Source: Candidatus Saccharimonadia bacterium
GTDB taxonomy: Bacteria > Patescibacteriota > SICC01
Reading direction: 5' to 3'
Assembly: GCA_025449535.1 (NCBI GenBank)
Contig: JANWJF010000001.1
Location: forward strand, 421,136 to 485,135
Length of the DNA: 64,000 nt
Part shown: positions 39,662-47,906 of the stretch, piece by piece
How the letters are laid out: every line of letters begins with the position of its first letter
Numbering within the stretch: the stretch's first letter is position 1
Program-made: the position numbers and the translations under genes
The notes under the pieces: model-generated
The model's input: only the letters and a program-made list of their open reading frames with translations
Told to the model about the DNA's origin: nothing
Database searches by the model: none

Positions 39662-41010
39662 CGCAGATCCTCGATCCGTTGCCGCGCTCGTTTCGCCACC
39701 CGCCTGAAGAGTCCGGGTTGCCGCTTCTGTTTCTTCCCAAGCATTTTCCGGAACCGCCGCTTCTTCGCGCGCTGCAGGAGCGTATCGGCGCTTTTCTCGA
39801 TACCTTTGCTGACGGCTCCGCCGCTGCCGAACACCAACGCGCGGGCGCCTTCGTACAAGCCGGCGATCTTCGCTCCCATCACTCCGGCTCCGATCAGGAC
39901 GCCGGCGACCGGCGGGGCGATTACCAGGGAAGCGATCAGGGCGATGCCGTACGCCTTGGCGAAGCGGCCAGTCAAACGCTTCTTCCAGGTCTGCAGCCGG
40001 TCACGGCCGTACTCGACGACTTCTCCGGCTGCATCGGACGGCTGACGTTCGCCCGTCGGGTAGCCGTTCTTGATCAGGTTCTGCATCCATTCGATGGCTT
40101 GCTGGAAGCGTTCCTGTCGGCTTCGGTACTGGTCCGTCAACTCCTCGACCCGCTGCTCGATCGCGTCGAACAGTTTCTCGCGCATTTCTTGCTTCAACTC
40201 CGGTGTCTGCGAGGACTCGGCGAAGGCTTGCTCGAACTCCTTCGCGAGCTCGACGGCCTCGTCCGCCCGGGCCTGCACGTTCTCGCCAGCATGGTGCCGT
40301 TCCAAGAAGTCGACCCACCGGCTCGCCTCGGTGCGGAGTACTGTCCGCTCGTCTTCAGGCTCCTTGGAAAGCGAATCCTCAAGCGATTCCCGGAGTTCGC
40401 CGGGTCGCCGGGCTTCCGCCACGGCCTGCTCGAGGTACTCCTTGGGCGCGCTGGCCTCGAGGTTCGCGATCGCCTCCTGCTCTGCCTTGTCGATGTCGCC
40501 CTTGCTCCATTCGGCGCCGTACGTCTTGGACTGCTCGATGTTCGCACGGACGTCGGCCAGCTCGGCCTCTCGGTAGAGTTCCTCCGCCCGGACCATCAGA
40601 CCGCCCGCCTCGTTATAAGCCGTCCGTACGATCTGCTTCTTCTGTTCACGGGACACCCGGTGGTACACCCGTTCGTATTCATGCGGACTCTCCTCGAAGT
40701 CGGTCGGATCCGGTTTGAGCAAGGCCTCGAGGTCGACCCCGGCGTCCTGCAGCTCCCGTTCCCGGTCGCGCGAGAAGCGCAGGTCCCCCAGGGCCACCGG
40801 CGCCCGGTTGTCCGGACCGTACGAGACCTCCATGAACTGCTTGCCGTCGTACGTGCCGAGGTACCCGGTGATCTCCACCTGGTCCTTGCTCCCGGCTTCC
40901 CAGACTTCCCGCAGGGCGGCCGGACCTTTCAGGGCCTCGACGGTCGCTTTGTCGAAGTGCGGGTCCTGGTCGACGCGCGGTTCGAAGTCTGGTGTGTGTT
41001 TTTCACTCAT
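39658..41010 (-). CDS. Hypothetical coiled-coil protein with C-terminal TM hairpin and basic tail
   Basis: Acidic helical body, hydrophobic segment near the end, K/R-rich C-terminus; ATGA overlap with VirB6-like copy 2. Confidence 0.7.
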   Translation of the reverse strand: MSEKHTPDFEPRVDQDPHFDKATVEALKGPAALREVWEAGSKDQVEITGYLGTYDGKQFMEVSYGPDNRAPVALGDLRFSRDRERELQDAGVDLEALLKPDPTDFEESPHEYERVYHRVSREQKKQIVRTAYNEAGGLMVRAEELYREAELADVRANIEQSKTYGAEWSKGDIDKAEQEAIANLEASAPKEYLEQAVAEARRPGELRESLEDSLSKEPEDERTVLRTEASRWVDFLERHHAGENVQARADEAVELAKEFEQAFAESSQTPELKQEMREKLFDAIEQRVEELTDQYRSRQERFQQAIEWMQNLIKNGYPTGERQPSDAAGEVVEYGRDRLQTWKKRLTGRFAKAYGIALIASLVIAPPVAGVLIGAGVMGAKIAGLYEGARALVFGSGGAVSKGIEKSADTLLQRAKKRRFRKMLGKKQKRQPGLFRRVAKRARQRIEDLR

Positions 41011-41034
41011 GTTCGGTTTGCGAAAAATTACCCA

Positions 41035-41063
41035 ACCATAGCAGAAAACAAGCCAAATGTCAA
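41035..41063 (-). promoter_or_regulatory. Sigma70-type promoter
   Basis: TTGACA-N17-TATGGT with TG extension. Confidence 0.7.
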
Positions 41064-41078
41064 GTATCAGGCGGGAAA

Positions 41079-41109
41079 CCAAAAAGCGTCCTCGAGGAAC
41101 GCTTTTTGG
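41079..41109 (-). terminator. Intrinsic terminator after the pilin array (bidirectional form)
   Basis: CCAAAAAGCGTCCTCGAGGAACGCTTTTTGG hairpin with A/T tails on both sides. Confidence 0.8.
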
Positions 41110-41130
41110 ATTCAGCGGACGTGCGGTCGA

Positions 41131-41514
41131 CTAGACGTCGAACCGGCCACGGACGCCCAGGTAGTCCTGGATCAGCCGCGTGAGCACGAACGCGATGAAG
41201 ATGACAATCAAACCGAGCACCGCGTACAGGATGGTCTTCCGGGCGGCGTCGACCTGTTCGGCGTTGCCGGTGGAGACCACGTAGCGGAAGCCGCCGATGA
41301 TCAGGAAGAGCACGGCGATGGCGCCGGCGAACAGCAGCAGCGCGTCGATGACCCGGGACAGGATCTCGCCGAAGTCAGTCTGGTTGGTCGGAGACTCGAT
41401 GTCCGGCTTGATGTTGGTCGGGGCTTGCGCCGCGGCGACCGCGTTCTTGGCCATGACCAGCGACAGCGCCGCGCCGTAACCGACACGGGATAGCGTTTGC
41501 TTCACTTTTTGCAT
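41131..41514 (-). CDS. TrbC/VirB2-family pilin (probable major pilin)
   Basis: Leader, TM, GGFRYVVSTGNAEQVDAARKTILYAVLGL; strong SD AGGAGGTG; followed by a terminator. Confidence 0.85.
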   Translation of the reverse strand: MQKVKQTLSRVGYGAALSLVMAKNAVAAAQAPTNIKPDIESPTNQTDFGEILSRVIDALLLFAGAIAVLFLIIGGFRYVVSTGNAEQVDAARKTILYAVLGLIVIFIAFVLTRLIQDYLGVRGRFDV

Positions 41515-41532
41515 ATGTGTTTCACCTCCTTC

Positions 41533-42183
41533 CTATACGGTTACCACTCTACCAATGGTCACTACGATGGCATAGGAAAGGAACACGACGGCCAGGCCGA
41601 TCACGGAGTAGAGCAGGCCGCGCCGGGCCGCCTGGACCTGGTCCTGGTTGCCTTGCGAGGTCGCGTACCGGTAGCCGTTGATGATGATGAAGAGCACGGC
41701 GACCGAGGCGCTTAACAGCAGCAGCGCGTCGGCGATGCGCGGCAGGATGCTCTGCGGGTCCTGCGGCGCGCCGCTGATCGCCCCGACGATGCCGGGCGCG
41801 TCGCTGATCTTCTGCCGTGAACGGAGCACGCCTTGGACCAACAGGACGATCGCGTACGAGCAGATCGTCAGGATGAAGCCGGCGATCGACCAGGTCAGGC
41901 CCTGCTTGGCCTTCTCGACCTTCTCCGGGTTGCCGGCCGAGAAGATGTATTGGTAGCCGTTGACGACGACGAAGAGTACGGCGACCGAGGCCGCGAAGAG
42001 CAGTCCGAAGCGAATGATGTTCACCAGTATCCCGACCACGCCGCCGAGGTCTGAGGCGCGCGGGTTCTCGGGAATCTGGAAGAAGCCGAGCGCGGCGTGC
42101 GCGGACTCCGGTGCGACCAGGATGCCGATCGCGGCGAGGACGCCGAGGCCGAGCGCGAATTGTCTGAGGGAACGCATGTTCAT
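41533..42183 (-). CDS. Tandem double-domain TrbC/VirB2-family pilin
   Basis: Two pilin motifs: GYQYIFSAGNPEKVEKAKQGLTWSIAG and GYRYATSQGNQDQVQAARRGLLYSVIG. Confidence 0.85.
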   Translation of the reverse strand: MNMRSLRQFALGLGVLAAIGILVAPESAHAALGFFQIPENPRASDLGGVVGILVNIIRFGLLFAASVAVLFVVVNGYQYIFSAGNPEKVEKAKQGLTWSIAGFILTICSYAIVLLVQGVLRSRQKISDAPGIVGAISGAPQDPQSILPRIADALLLLSASVAVLFIIINGYRYATSQGNQDQVQAARRGLLYSVIGLAVVFLSYAIVVTIGRVVTV

Positions 42184-42542
42184 AATCCCGAGTTAAATCC
42201 CAGCGTGCGCGAGACCAGGATGATCAACGTGACGGAGACGAGCGAGACCACGAACCCGAACACCGCGTAGAGCAGGCTCTTCTTGGCCTTCTCGACGAGT
42301 TCCTGGTTGCCCTGGGAGACCATGTATCGGTAGCCGGAGATGATCAGATAGAGCAGCGCCACTGTCGGCAGGAAGACGATCAGGATGTTGAAGATCGCGC
42401 TGACCGGTTCGCCGAGGTTGCCGAACCCGGACAGCGAGTGGATCTCCCGGGGGTTCTTGTCCGGCTGCGGCAGGGCGGCCTGGGCACCGGCCGGAACGGC
42501 CAGCGAGAGGAGCAGCAGCGAGTTGGCGATCCGTCTAATCAT
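42180..42542 (-). CDS. TrbC/VirB2-family pilin
   Basis: GYRYMVSQGNQELVEKAKKSLLYAVFG. Confidence 0.85.
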   Translation of the reverse strand: MIRRIANSLLLLSLAVPAGAQAALPQPDKNPREIHSLSGFGNLGEPVSAIFNILIVFLPTVALLYLIISGYRYMVSQGNQELVEKAKKSLLYAVFGFVVSLVSVTLIILVSRTLGFNSGL

Positions 42543-43103
42543 TCAGCCTCCGGGTTTCGAGAAGTCGATGTCTCCGCAGCCGGGCTCGTTCTTCTCGCAG
42601 GGCTCGCTGACCGTCCGCGGGTTGATCGTGTTCAGGATCAACGCTGCCAGGATCAGGAGCGACAGGCCGATCAGCGTCTTCTCGACGATGTCCTTGGCGT
42701 TGGAGATCTTCTCGGGATCGCCATAGCTGGCCATGTAGGTGTAGCCGGCGTAGATCAGGGAGATCACCGACAGCAGCCCGCCGATGAAGGCGACCCAGAG
42801 GTACACCGCGTTGACGTATTGGATCACCGAGGTCTTCTTTACCTCAGTGCCGGTGACCGGGTCGATGTTCGAGCCGCTGGTGTCGAGGCCGTTCTTATCC
42901 GTGTCTTGCTTGCCCTTCTTCTGCTTGGTCTTGCCGCCACTGACGTCCTTGGCGTCGTCGACGCCCTGCTTCGTCTCCGCGGCCTTCGCCATCGGAGCGT
43001 CCACCGTGAAGTGCGGACCCACCGGCGTTATCGCGACCGCGGTCGCGACGCCCAATCCGAGCGCCGCCATGGTCAACCTCCTGATTGTCGTTCCGGTTCG
43101 CAT
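42543..43103 (-). CDS. TrbC/VirB2-family pilin
   Basis: AGYTYMASYGDPEKISNAKDIVEKTLIGL..LILNTINP. Confidence 0.85.
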   Translation of the reverse strand: MRTGTTIRRLTMAALGLGVATAVAITPVGPHFTVDAPMAKAAETKQGVDDAKDVSGGKTKQKKGKQDTDKNGLDTSGSNIDPVTGTEVKKTSVIQYVNAVYLWVAFIGGLLSVISLIYAGYTYMASYGDPEKISNAKDIVEKTLIGLSLLILAALILNTINPRTVSEPCEKNEPGCGDIDFSKPGG

Positions 43104-43144
43104 AAGGGGGCTATCATACGGCTAGAAAACGTCTCTGTAAAGCG

Positions 43145-44467
43145 TCAGGACTCTTGCTCTTTAAGCTTCCGCAGGACGTCCGTAAGGTCGTTCGCGCCGC
43201 GGTCGATCGCGTTCTGCGGGCGTTCGCCGCGGAGCACGCTCTCGACCATCCGGGCGAAGATCCGGTCGGCCTTCTCGGGATCCCCCTTGTACCAGCTGCG
43301 GGCCGTCTCCAGCTGCTCCTGGAGCGCGTCCAGGCCGCCGGACGCCGAGACGTCCTTGCGGGCCGGGACCGACCGGGTGGCCTCGGTGTATGCGTACATC
43401 GAGTCCGTGTCGGTGAGGTAGCGGATGAACTTCCAGGCCTCCTCGGCGTGCTGGCTGTCCTTGGAGACGGTCTCCGCCCAGAAGCTGGCGTAGTTCACCG
43501 GGCTGGTGCCTTGGATCTGCGGCACCTTCTCGATCTGGTACTGGAGGTCCGGGTTCAGCCGGTCGATCTCCAGCGCGTGGTACGCGTACCCGAAGAAGTA
43601 CCCGACCTTGTTCTGGGCGAACGCCCGCACGGAGTTACCGCTTCGGCTGTTCCAAGAATAGTTCGGAGTCCGCGGGTCGGCGAAGCTGGTGTAGAACTCG
43701 AGTCCGATCCGGCCCAGCGGCTTCTGTTGCCCTTCGACATCCTGGGTGAGATTGAAGGTGGCCTGGGTGTGCTCGTCGTTGGTCATCTTGGTCCGGTTCT
43801 GCAGCATGATCAGCGCCAGGATGTCCTGGCCACGGCTGACGTTATTGTCGCCGAGTGCCACCGCCGAACGGGTGAACGTGTCGCCCTGGCGGCGGTTGAT
43901 TTGTCTGAGCACGTTCGGGTTGCCATCCTTGCCAATCAGCTGTTCCCAGGTAGCCGGCGTCTGTTCGACCGCCGCGTCCGACTCGATGTTGTCGTTCACG
44001 TACATGCCGATGGTGTCCATGGACAGCGGCAGTCCGTAGATGCGTCCGTCCTTGACGGTCTCGCGGGCCGGCGGATAGAAGTCGCGTTCGTAATCGACGG
44101 TCTTGTACGTGTCCTCGGGGACCGGCGAGATGCGGTCGAAGTACCGCGGCAACCAAGTGTTATGCACGGCGAAGATGTCCGGACCGCGTCCGTCCGCCAG
44201 CGCGTCGATCAGCGCCCGCTCGTATTCCTGGAACGTCAGCTTGCGGTACTCGATCTGCACGTTGGGATGCGCGGCCTGGTAGTCGTCGATCTGCTGCTGG
44301 TACTTGTCGGTGTCGTCGAAGACGCGCCAGTAGCGCAGGACGGTCGGGCCGGTGTCCTTCGGCGCGGCCTGCTGCTTCTTGCCGCCGAACGCGGCCAGCG
44401 CTATCCAAGCGACCAGAAGCACAAGCAGCCCTACGCCGACAACGATGAAAATAAGCCGTCTGTTCAT
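43145..44467 (-). CDS. Extracellular solute-binding protein (sugar ABC family 1), membrane anchored
   Basis: TM anchor, LRYW, GPDIF, GLPLSMDT.GMYVN, AWKFIRYL; no permease or ATPase adjacent. Confidence 0.85.
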   Translation of the reverse strand: MNRRLIFIVVGVGLLVLLVAWIALAAFGGKKQQAAPKDTGPTVLRYWRVFDDTDKYQQQIDDYQAAHPNVQIEYRKLTFQEYERALIDALADGRGPDIFAVHNTWLPRYFDRISPVPEDTYKTVDYERDFYPPARETVKDGRIYGLPLSMDTIGMYVNDNIESDAAVEQTPATWEQLIGKDGNPNVLRQINRRQGDTFTRSAVALGDNNVSRGQDILALIMLQNRTKMTNDEHTQATFNLTQDVEGQQKPLGRIGLEFYTSFADPRTPNYSWNSRSGNSVRAFAQNKVGYFFGYAYHALEIDRLNPDLQYQIEKVPQIQGTSPVNYASFWAETVSKDSQHAEEAWKFIRYLTDTDSMYAYTEATRSVPARKDVSASGGLDALQEQLETARSWYKGDPEKADRIFARMVESVLRGERPQNAIDRGANDLTDVLRKLKEQES

Positions 44468-44550
44468 ATTTGTTTCACGGGTTTACTAGGCTGATTCTAC
44501 CGTGCGCGGAGCGTAGTTGTGAAGCGGCCTTCGGATGTATACTCGGTCCC

Positions 44551-45456
44551 GTGAGCCAAGAATCGAAATCGACGTCGTCCCGGCCCCCTGTCCGCAAGGC
44601 GGTGATTCCCGTCGCCGGGTTCGGTACCCGGTTCCTACCGGCGACCAAGGCGACGCCCAAGGAGATGTTCCCGCTGGTCGACAAGCCGCTGACCCAATAC
44701 GTGGTCGAGGAAGCGGTGGCGTGTGGGATCGAAGAGATCATTTTCATCACCGGGCAGGCCAAGCGGGCGATCGAGGACCACTTCGACCGGAACATCGAGT
44801 TGGAGTATTTACTCGATAACAAAGGTAAAAAAAAGCAATTAGAACAGGTAATGGAAATCGCCGACAAGGCGGACTTCGCGTACGTCCGGCAGAAGGAGGT
44901 GCTCGGACTCGGGCATGCGATCCTGCAAGCCCGGCATCTGATCGGCGACGAGCCGTTCCTGGTGATGACGCCGGATGATATCTTCTCCGGCAACGGTCCG
45001 GCTTCTCAGGCCTTGATCGACGCGTACGAAGAGACGGGTACGCCGATCGTCGGGGTGCAGGAGGTACCCAAGGACCGGGTCCACCTGTACGGCATCGTGT
45101 CCGGTGAGCCGGTGCGTGACGGGCTGCTCAAGATGTCGGGTATCGTCGAGAAACCGGACCCGAAGACCGCCCTGACGAACCTGGCGCAATGCGGCCGGTA
45201 CATCTTCATCCCGGAGATATTCGAGCATTTTGCCAAGGCGGAGCCCGGTCCGGGCGGGGAAATCCACATTACCGTGGGGACGAACGGTCTGATTTCCGAG
45301 GGTCCGGTGCATGCGGTGACGATTCCTAACCAATACCATGACGCCGGTAGTAAGATCGGCTACCTGCAGGCGATCGTCGAGTTCGCGCTTGAGCGGGAGG
45401 ATTTGGGCGACGAGTTCAAGGCGTATCTCAAGAAACGCTTGGCTGACGAAAAATAG
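44551..45456 (+). CDS. galU: UTP--glucose-1-phosphate uridylyltransferase
   Basis: VRKAVIPVAGFGTRFLPATKATPKEM, RQKEVLGLGHA, VEKP, GGEIHIT. Confidence 0.95.
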   Translation: MSQESKSTSSRPPVRKAVIPVAGFGTRFLPATKATPKEMFPLVDKPLTQYVVEEAVACGIEEIIFITGQAKRAIEDHFDRNIELEYLLDNKGKKKQLEQVMEIADKADFAYVRQKEVLGLGHAILQARHLIGDEPFLVMTPDDIFSGNGPASQALIDAYEETGTPIVGVQEVPKDRVHLYGIVSGEPVRDGLLKMSGIVEKPDPKTALTNLAQCGRYIFIPEIFEHFAKAEPGPGGEIHITVGTNGLISEGPVHAVTIPNQYHDAGSKIGYLQAIVEFALEREDLGDEFKAYLKKRLADEK

Positions 45457-45458
45457 TC

Positions 45459-45474
45459 TGTTTCACGTGAAACA
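45459..45474. promoter_or_regulatory. parS centromere-like site
   Basis: Perfect consensus palindrome TGTTTCACGTGAAACA. Confidence 0.92.
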
Positions 45475-45491
45475 GGGTTGGCGTTTTCTGC

Positions 45492-45587
45492 TTCAACCAC
45501 GACGGGTCCGAAAGCGCTGCTGATCAAAAAGAGTGGCGCTCTTCAGATATCAAGCTTCAGGGCGCTTTCGTGACCCGTGTGGTTGAA
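45492..45587 (-). repeat. Long imperfect hairpin element, copy C
   Basis: Minus strand: TTCAACCAC-ACGGGTC-a-CGAAAGCGC-cCTGA [33 nt] TCAG-ca-GCGCTTTCG-GACCCGT-c-GTGGTTGAA. Confidence 0.85.
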
Positions 45588-45593
45588 CCTGAG

Positions 45594-45700
45594 TACGAGA
45601 AACAAGCCGTTACCGTCCGGAACGCCCTGAGGCACCCAGTTTAGTTTGCTTGCATCAACGTAATCAGCCCGCGTTCCGGCGGTAACCGGTTTGTTTCGTA
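45594..45700 (+). repeat. Long imperfect hairpin element, copy D
   Basis: AAACAAGCC-GTTACCG-t-CCGGAACGC-cCTGA [33 nt] TCAG-ccc-GCGTTCCGG-CGGTAAC-c-GGTTTGTTT. Confidence 0.85.
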
Positions 45701-45703
45701 TCC

Positions 45704-46999
45704 TTACTTTGTTTCACGTGAAACTTTTTTCTGCTTTTTCGTCATTTCTTCGAGATTTTTGCGAATTTCCACCTCTTTTCCACGGTTTTCTGGATTGTAG
45801 AAGCGTTTTCCGACGAGCTTGTCAGGCAGGTGCGAGTGGCTGACTTGAGCGTCAGTCTGCCCGTGAGCATATTCGTAGCCGCGGCCGTAGCCTTCCTGCT
45901 TCATCAGTTTGGTCACGGGATTCCGTAAGTGTATCGGGACCGGCAGGGCGCCCGATTGCCGCACTTCGTTCAGCGCGGAATCGATCGCTCGGTACGAGGC
46001 GTTGCTCTTGGGCGTCGAAGCCAGGTACGTCGCTGCCTGACTGAGATTAATCCGCGCCTCGGGCAGGCCGATGTACCGCACGGCGTCGAACGCGGCGACC
46101 GCTACCTGTAACGCCTGCGGATCGGCGTTTCCCACGTCTTCCGAGGCGAATATCACCATCCGGCGGGCGATAAAGACCGGATCCTCGCCGGCTTCGAGCA
46201 TCCGCGCCAAGTAATAGACGGCCGCATCCGGATCCGAGCCGCGCATGCTCTTGATGAACGCGGATATGACGTTGTAGTGTTCATCGCCCTTCTTGTCGTA
46301 ACTAAGCGCTTTCTTCGTCAGGATACGCTCGATCAGGTCCGTGGTGATGGCCCCGGAAGACGCGTTCCAGGCGGCTTCTACCGTATTCAGGAGCATCCGG
46401 GCATCGCCGTCGGCCAGCGCGACGAGCAGTTCCTTCTCCTTGGCACCGATCGTCCGTTTTCCCGCACTTTTCCCCAGTTCAGAAGTAGCTCTGTTAAGTA
46501 TCTTTTCAAGTTCCTGGGGGTCAAGGGCATGCAAACGGTACACATGTGCGCGGGACAAAAGCGGCCCCACTACTTCGAAACTCGGGTTTTCCGTCGTGGC
46601 GCCGATCAGCGTGACGGTGCCGGCCTCCACGTGCGGCAGTAGCGCGTCCTGCTGGGCCTTGTTCCAGCGGTGGATCTCGTCGATGAACAGGACGGTCTTT
46701 CTTCGTAACCGAGCGTTTTGTTCGGCAATCGTGATGACTTTCCGCAAGTCCGCGATGCCGCTGGTGACGGCGGAGAACGGCACGAACTCGGCGTCCGTCA
46801 GCGAGGCGATCAACCGCGCCAGCGTGGTCTTGCCGGTGCCGGGCGGTCCCCAAAGGATGATCGAGGGCAAAAAGTCTTTTCCCAGCAGCGTCTTCAGCGC
46901 GCCTTTGGCACCGACGAGGTGTTCCTGGCCGTAGAATTCGGAAAAGTCCGTCGGTCTCAATCGATTAGCTAGAGGTTGGGCTTGGAATTCGGAGGGCAT
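45704..46999 (-). CDS. rarA: Replication-associated recombination protein RarA/MgsA
   Basis: PLA.RLRP, WGPPGTGKTTLA, FIDEIHR.NKAQQD, ISAFIKSMRGSDPDAA, ASEDVGNADP. Confidence 0.96.
   Translation of the reverse strand: MPSEFQAQPLANRLRPTDFSEFYGQEHLVGAKGALKTLLGKDFLPSIILWGPPGTGKTTLARLIASLTDAEFVPFSAVTSGIADLRKVITIAEQNARLRRKTVLFIDEIHRWNKAQQDALLPHVEAGTVTLIGATTENPSFEVVGPLLSRAHVYRLHALDPQELEKILNRATSELGKSAGKRTIGAKEKELLVALADGDARMLLNTVEAAWNASSGAITTDLIERILTKKALSYDKKGDEHYNVISAFIKSMRGSDPDAAVYYLARMLEAGEDPVFIARRMVIFASEDVGNADPQALQVAVAAFDAVRYIGLPEARINLSQAATYLASTPKSNASYRAIDSALNEVRQSGALPVPIHLRNPVTKLMKQEGYGRGYEYAHGQTDAQVSHSHLPDKLVGKRFYNPENRGKEVEIRKNLEEMTKKQKKVSRETK
45710..45725. promoter_or_regulatory. parS site inside the rarA 3' end
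   Basis: TGTTTCACGTGAAACT (15/16 match); encodes the VSRET residues at the RarA C-terminus. Confidence 0.85.
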
Positions 47000-47050
47000 G
47001 GTAACTATGCAGTCTACTGCAACTGCGTTCCCTCCGCCTCGGCGATCGGC

Positions 47051-47506
47051 CTACTCGACCGTTTTTACCTTAATCGTGCGCTTCTTGGCTTTTCCGGACT
47101 TCGGGATGGTGACCGTCAGGACGCCGTGCTTGAACGCTGCCTTGGCCTTGTCCACTTCCGCACCGACCGGCAGTTCGACTATTCGCGAAAACTTGCCCCA
47201 GTAAATCTCCTGAACCACAGCATTTTTACTCTTGACGTGGTTTTCCGACCGCCGCTCCCCGGAAATCGTCACCGAGTCGTCGTCGGCCGCGATCTCCACG
47301 TCCGCCGGATCCACGCCGGCGATCGGTGAGACGATCACGATCGAATCGTCGGTCTCGTGTACATCGACGGCGATCTCGCCGCCAGCGGACTCTTCCCCCG
47401 CCTCATCCGTGCGGACCGCGAACGGCTCGGGCACCGGCGCCGCCTTCGGCTCGGGCTGGGTCGTTCCAAAGAACGGGGAAGCTGACTGATCGTCTGTTTG
47501 TGCCAT
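47051..47506 (-). CDS. Hsp20/alpha-crystallin small heat-shock protein
   Basis: VDVHET, E.YWGKFSR..ELP, A.FKHGVLTVTIPK. Confidence 0.92.
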   Translation of the reverse strand: MAQTDDQSASPFFGTTQPEPKAAPVPEPFAVRTDEAGEESAGGEIAVDVHETDDSIVIVSPIAGVDPADVEIAADDDSVTISGERRSENHVKSKNAVVQEIYWGKFSRIVELPVGAEVDKAKAAFKHGVLTVTIPKSGKAKKRTIKVKTVE

Positions 47507-47551
47507 CTGGATTAACGCTACTAGTGTGCCTGGGGGCGGTCAAGGATTTTC

Positions 47552-47639
47552 GGTACCCTGCCATCGAAACGTGGCTGACAAACGATGTAAACTCGCTCTG
47601 TTGCTGCCATGGTCAGAACGTTTCGGTTGGCAGGGTGCC
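47552..47639 (-). repeat. Long imperfect hairpin element, copy E
   Basis: Minus strand: GGCACCCTGCCA-a-CCGAAACGT-tCTGA [34 nt] TCAG-cc-ACGTTTCGA-TGGCAGGGTACC. Confidence 0.75.
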
Positions 47640-47802
47640 TCAACAGGAGAGTGTTTCATTCACGGAGATGCTTGCTAAAAGGAGGAGCGTTCCATCGCCA
47701 AGCATCCGCTTAATGTAGCTAGGTCAACAAAAGTCGAATTAAACCTGGATACGTCAGGACGTCTTGCTTGCCAAGATGCTCGCTCTAGGCAAACGGATCG
47801 CG

Positions 47803-47832
47803 TTGACAAAGTAAGCGGCCAGTCGCTAGGAT
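47803..47832 (+). promoter_or_regulatory. groESL promoter
   Basis: TTGACA-N18-TAGGAT upstream of CIRCE. Confidence 0.65.
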
Positions 47833-47841
47833 GAAACTTGT

Positions 47842-47868
47842 CTGGCACTCTAAATGTATGAGTGCTAA
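47842..47868 (+). promoter_or_regulatory. CIRCE element (HrcA operator)
   Basis: CTGGCACTC-N9-GAGTGCTAA versus consensus TTAGCACTC-N9-GAGTGCTAA, directly upstream of groES. Confidence 0.9.
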
Positions 47869-47906
47869 ATCGTGAGAATTAAGCAAGAAACCGCAAGGAG
47901 GTACTG

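Noticed and set aside
44471-44486. Third parS (TGTTTCACGGGTTTAC), and a half-site near 56117
   Set aside because: Only one half matches the palindrome.
45492-45700. 6S RNA or SRP RNA identity for the long hairpins
   Set aside because: No SRP GGAA-loop/CAGG motif, no large central 6S bubble, and at least five copies in both orientations.
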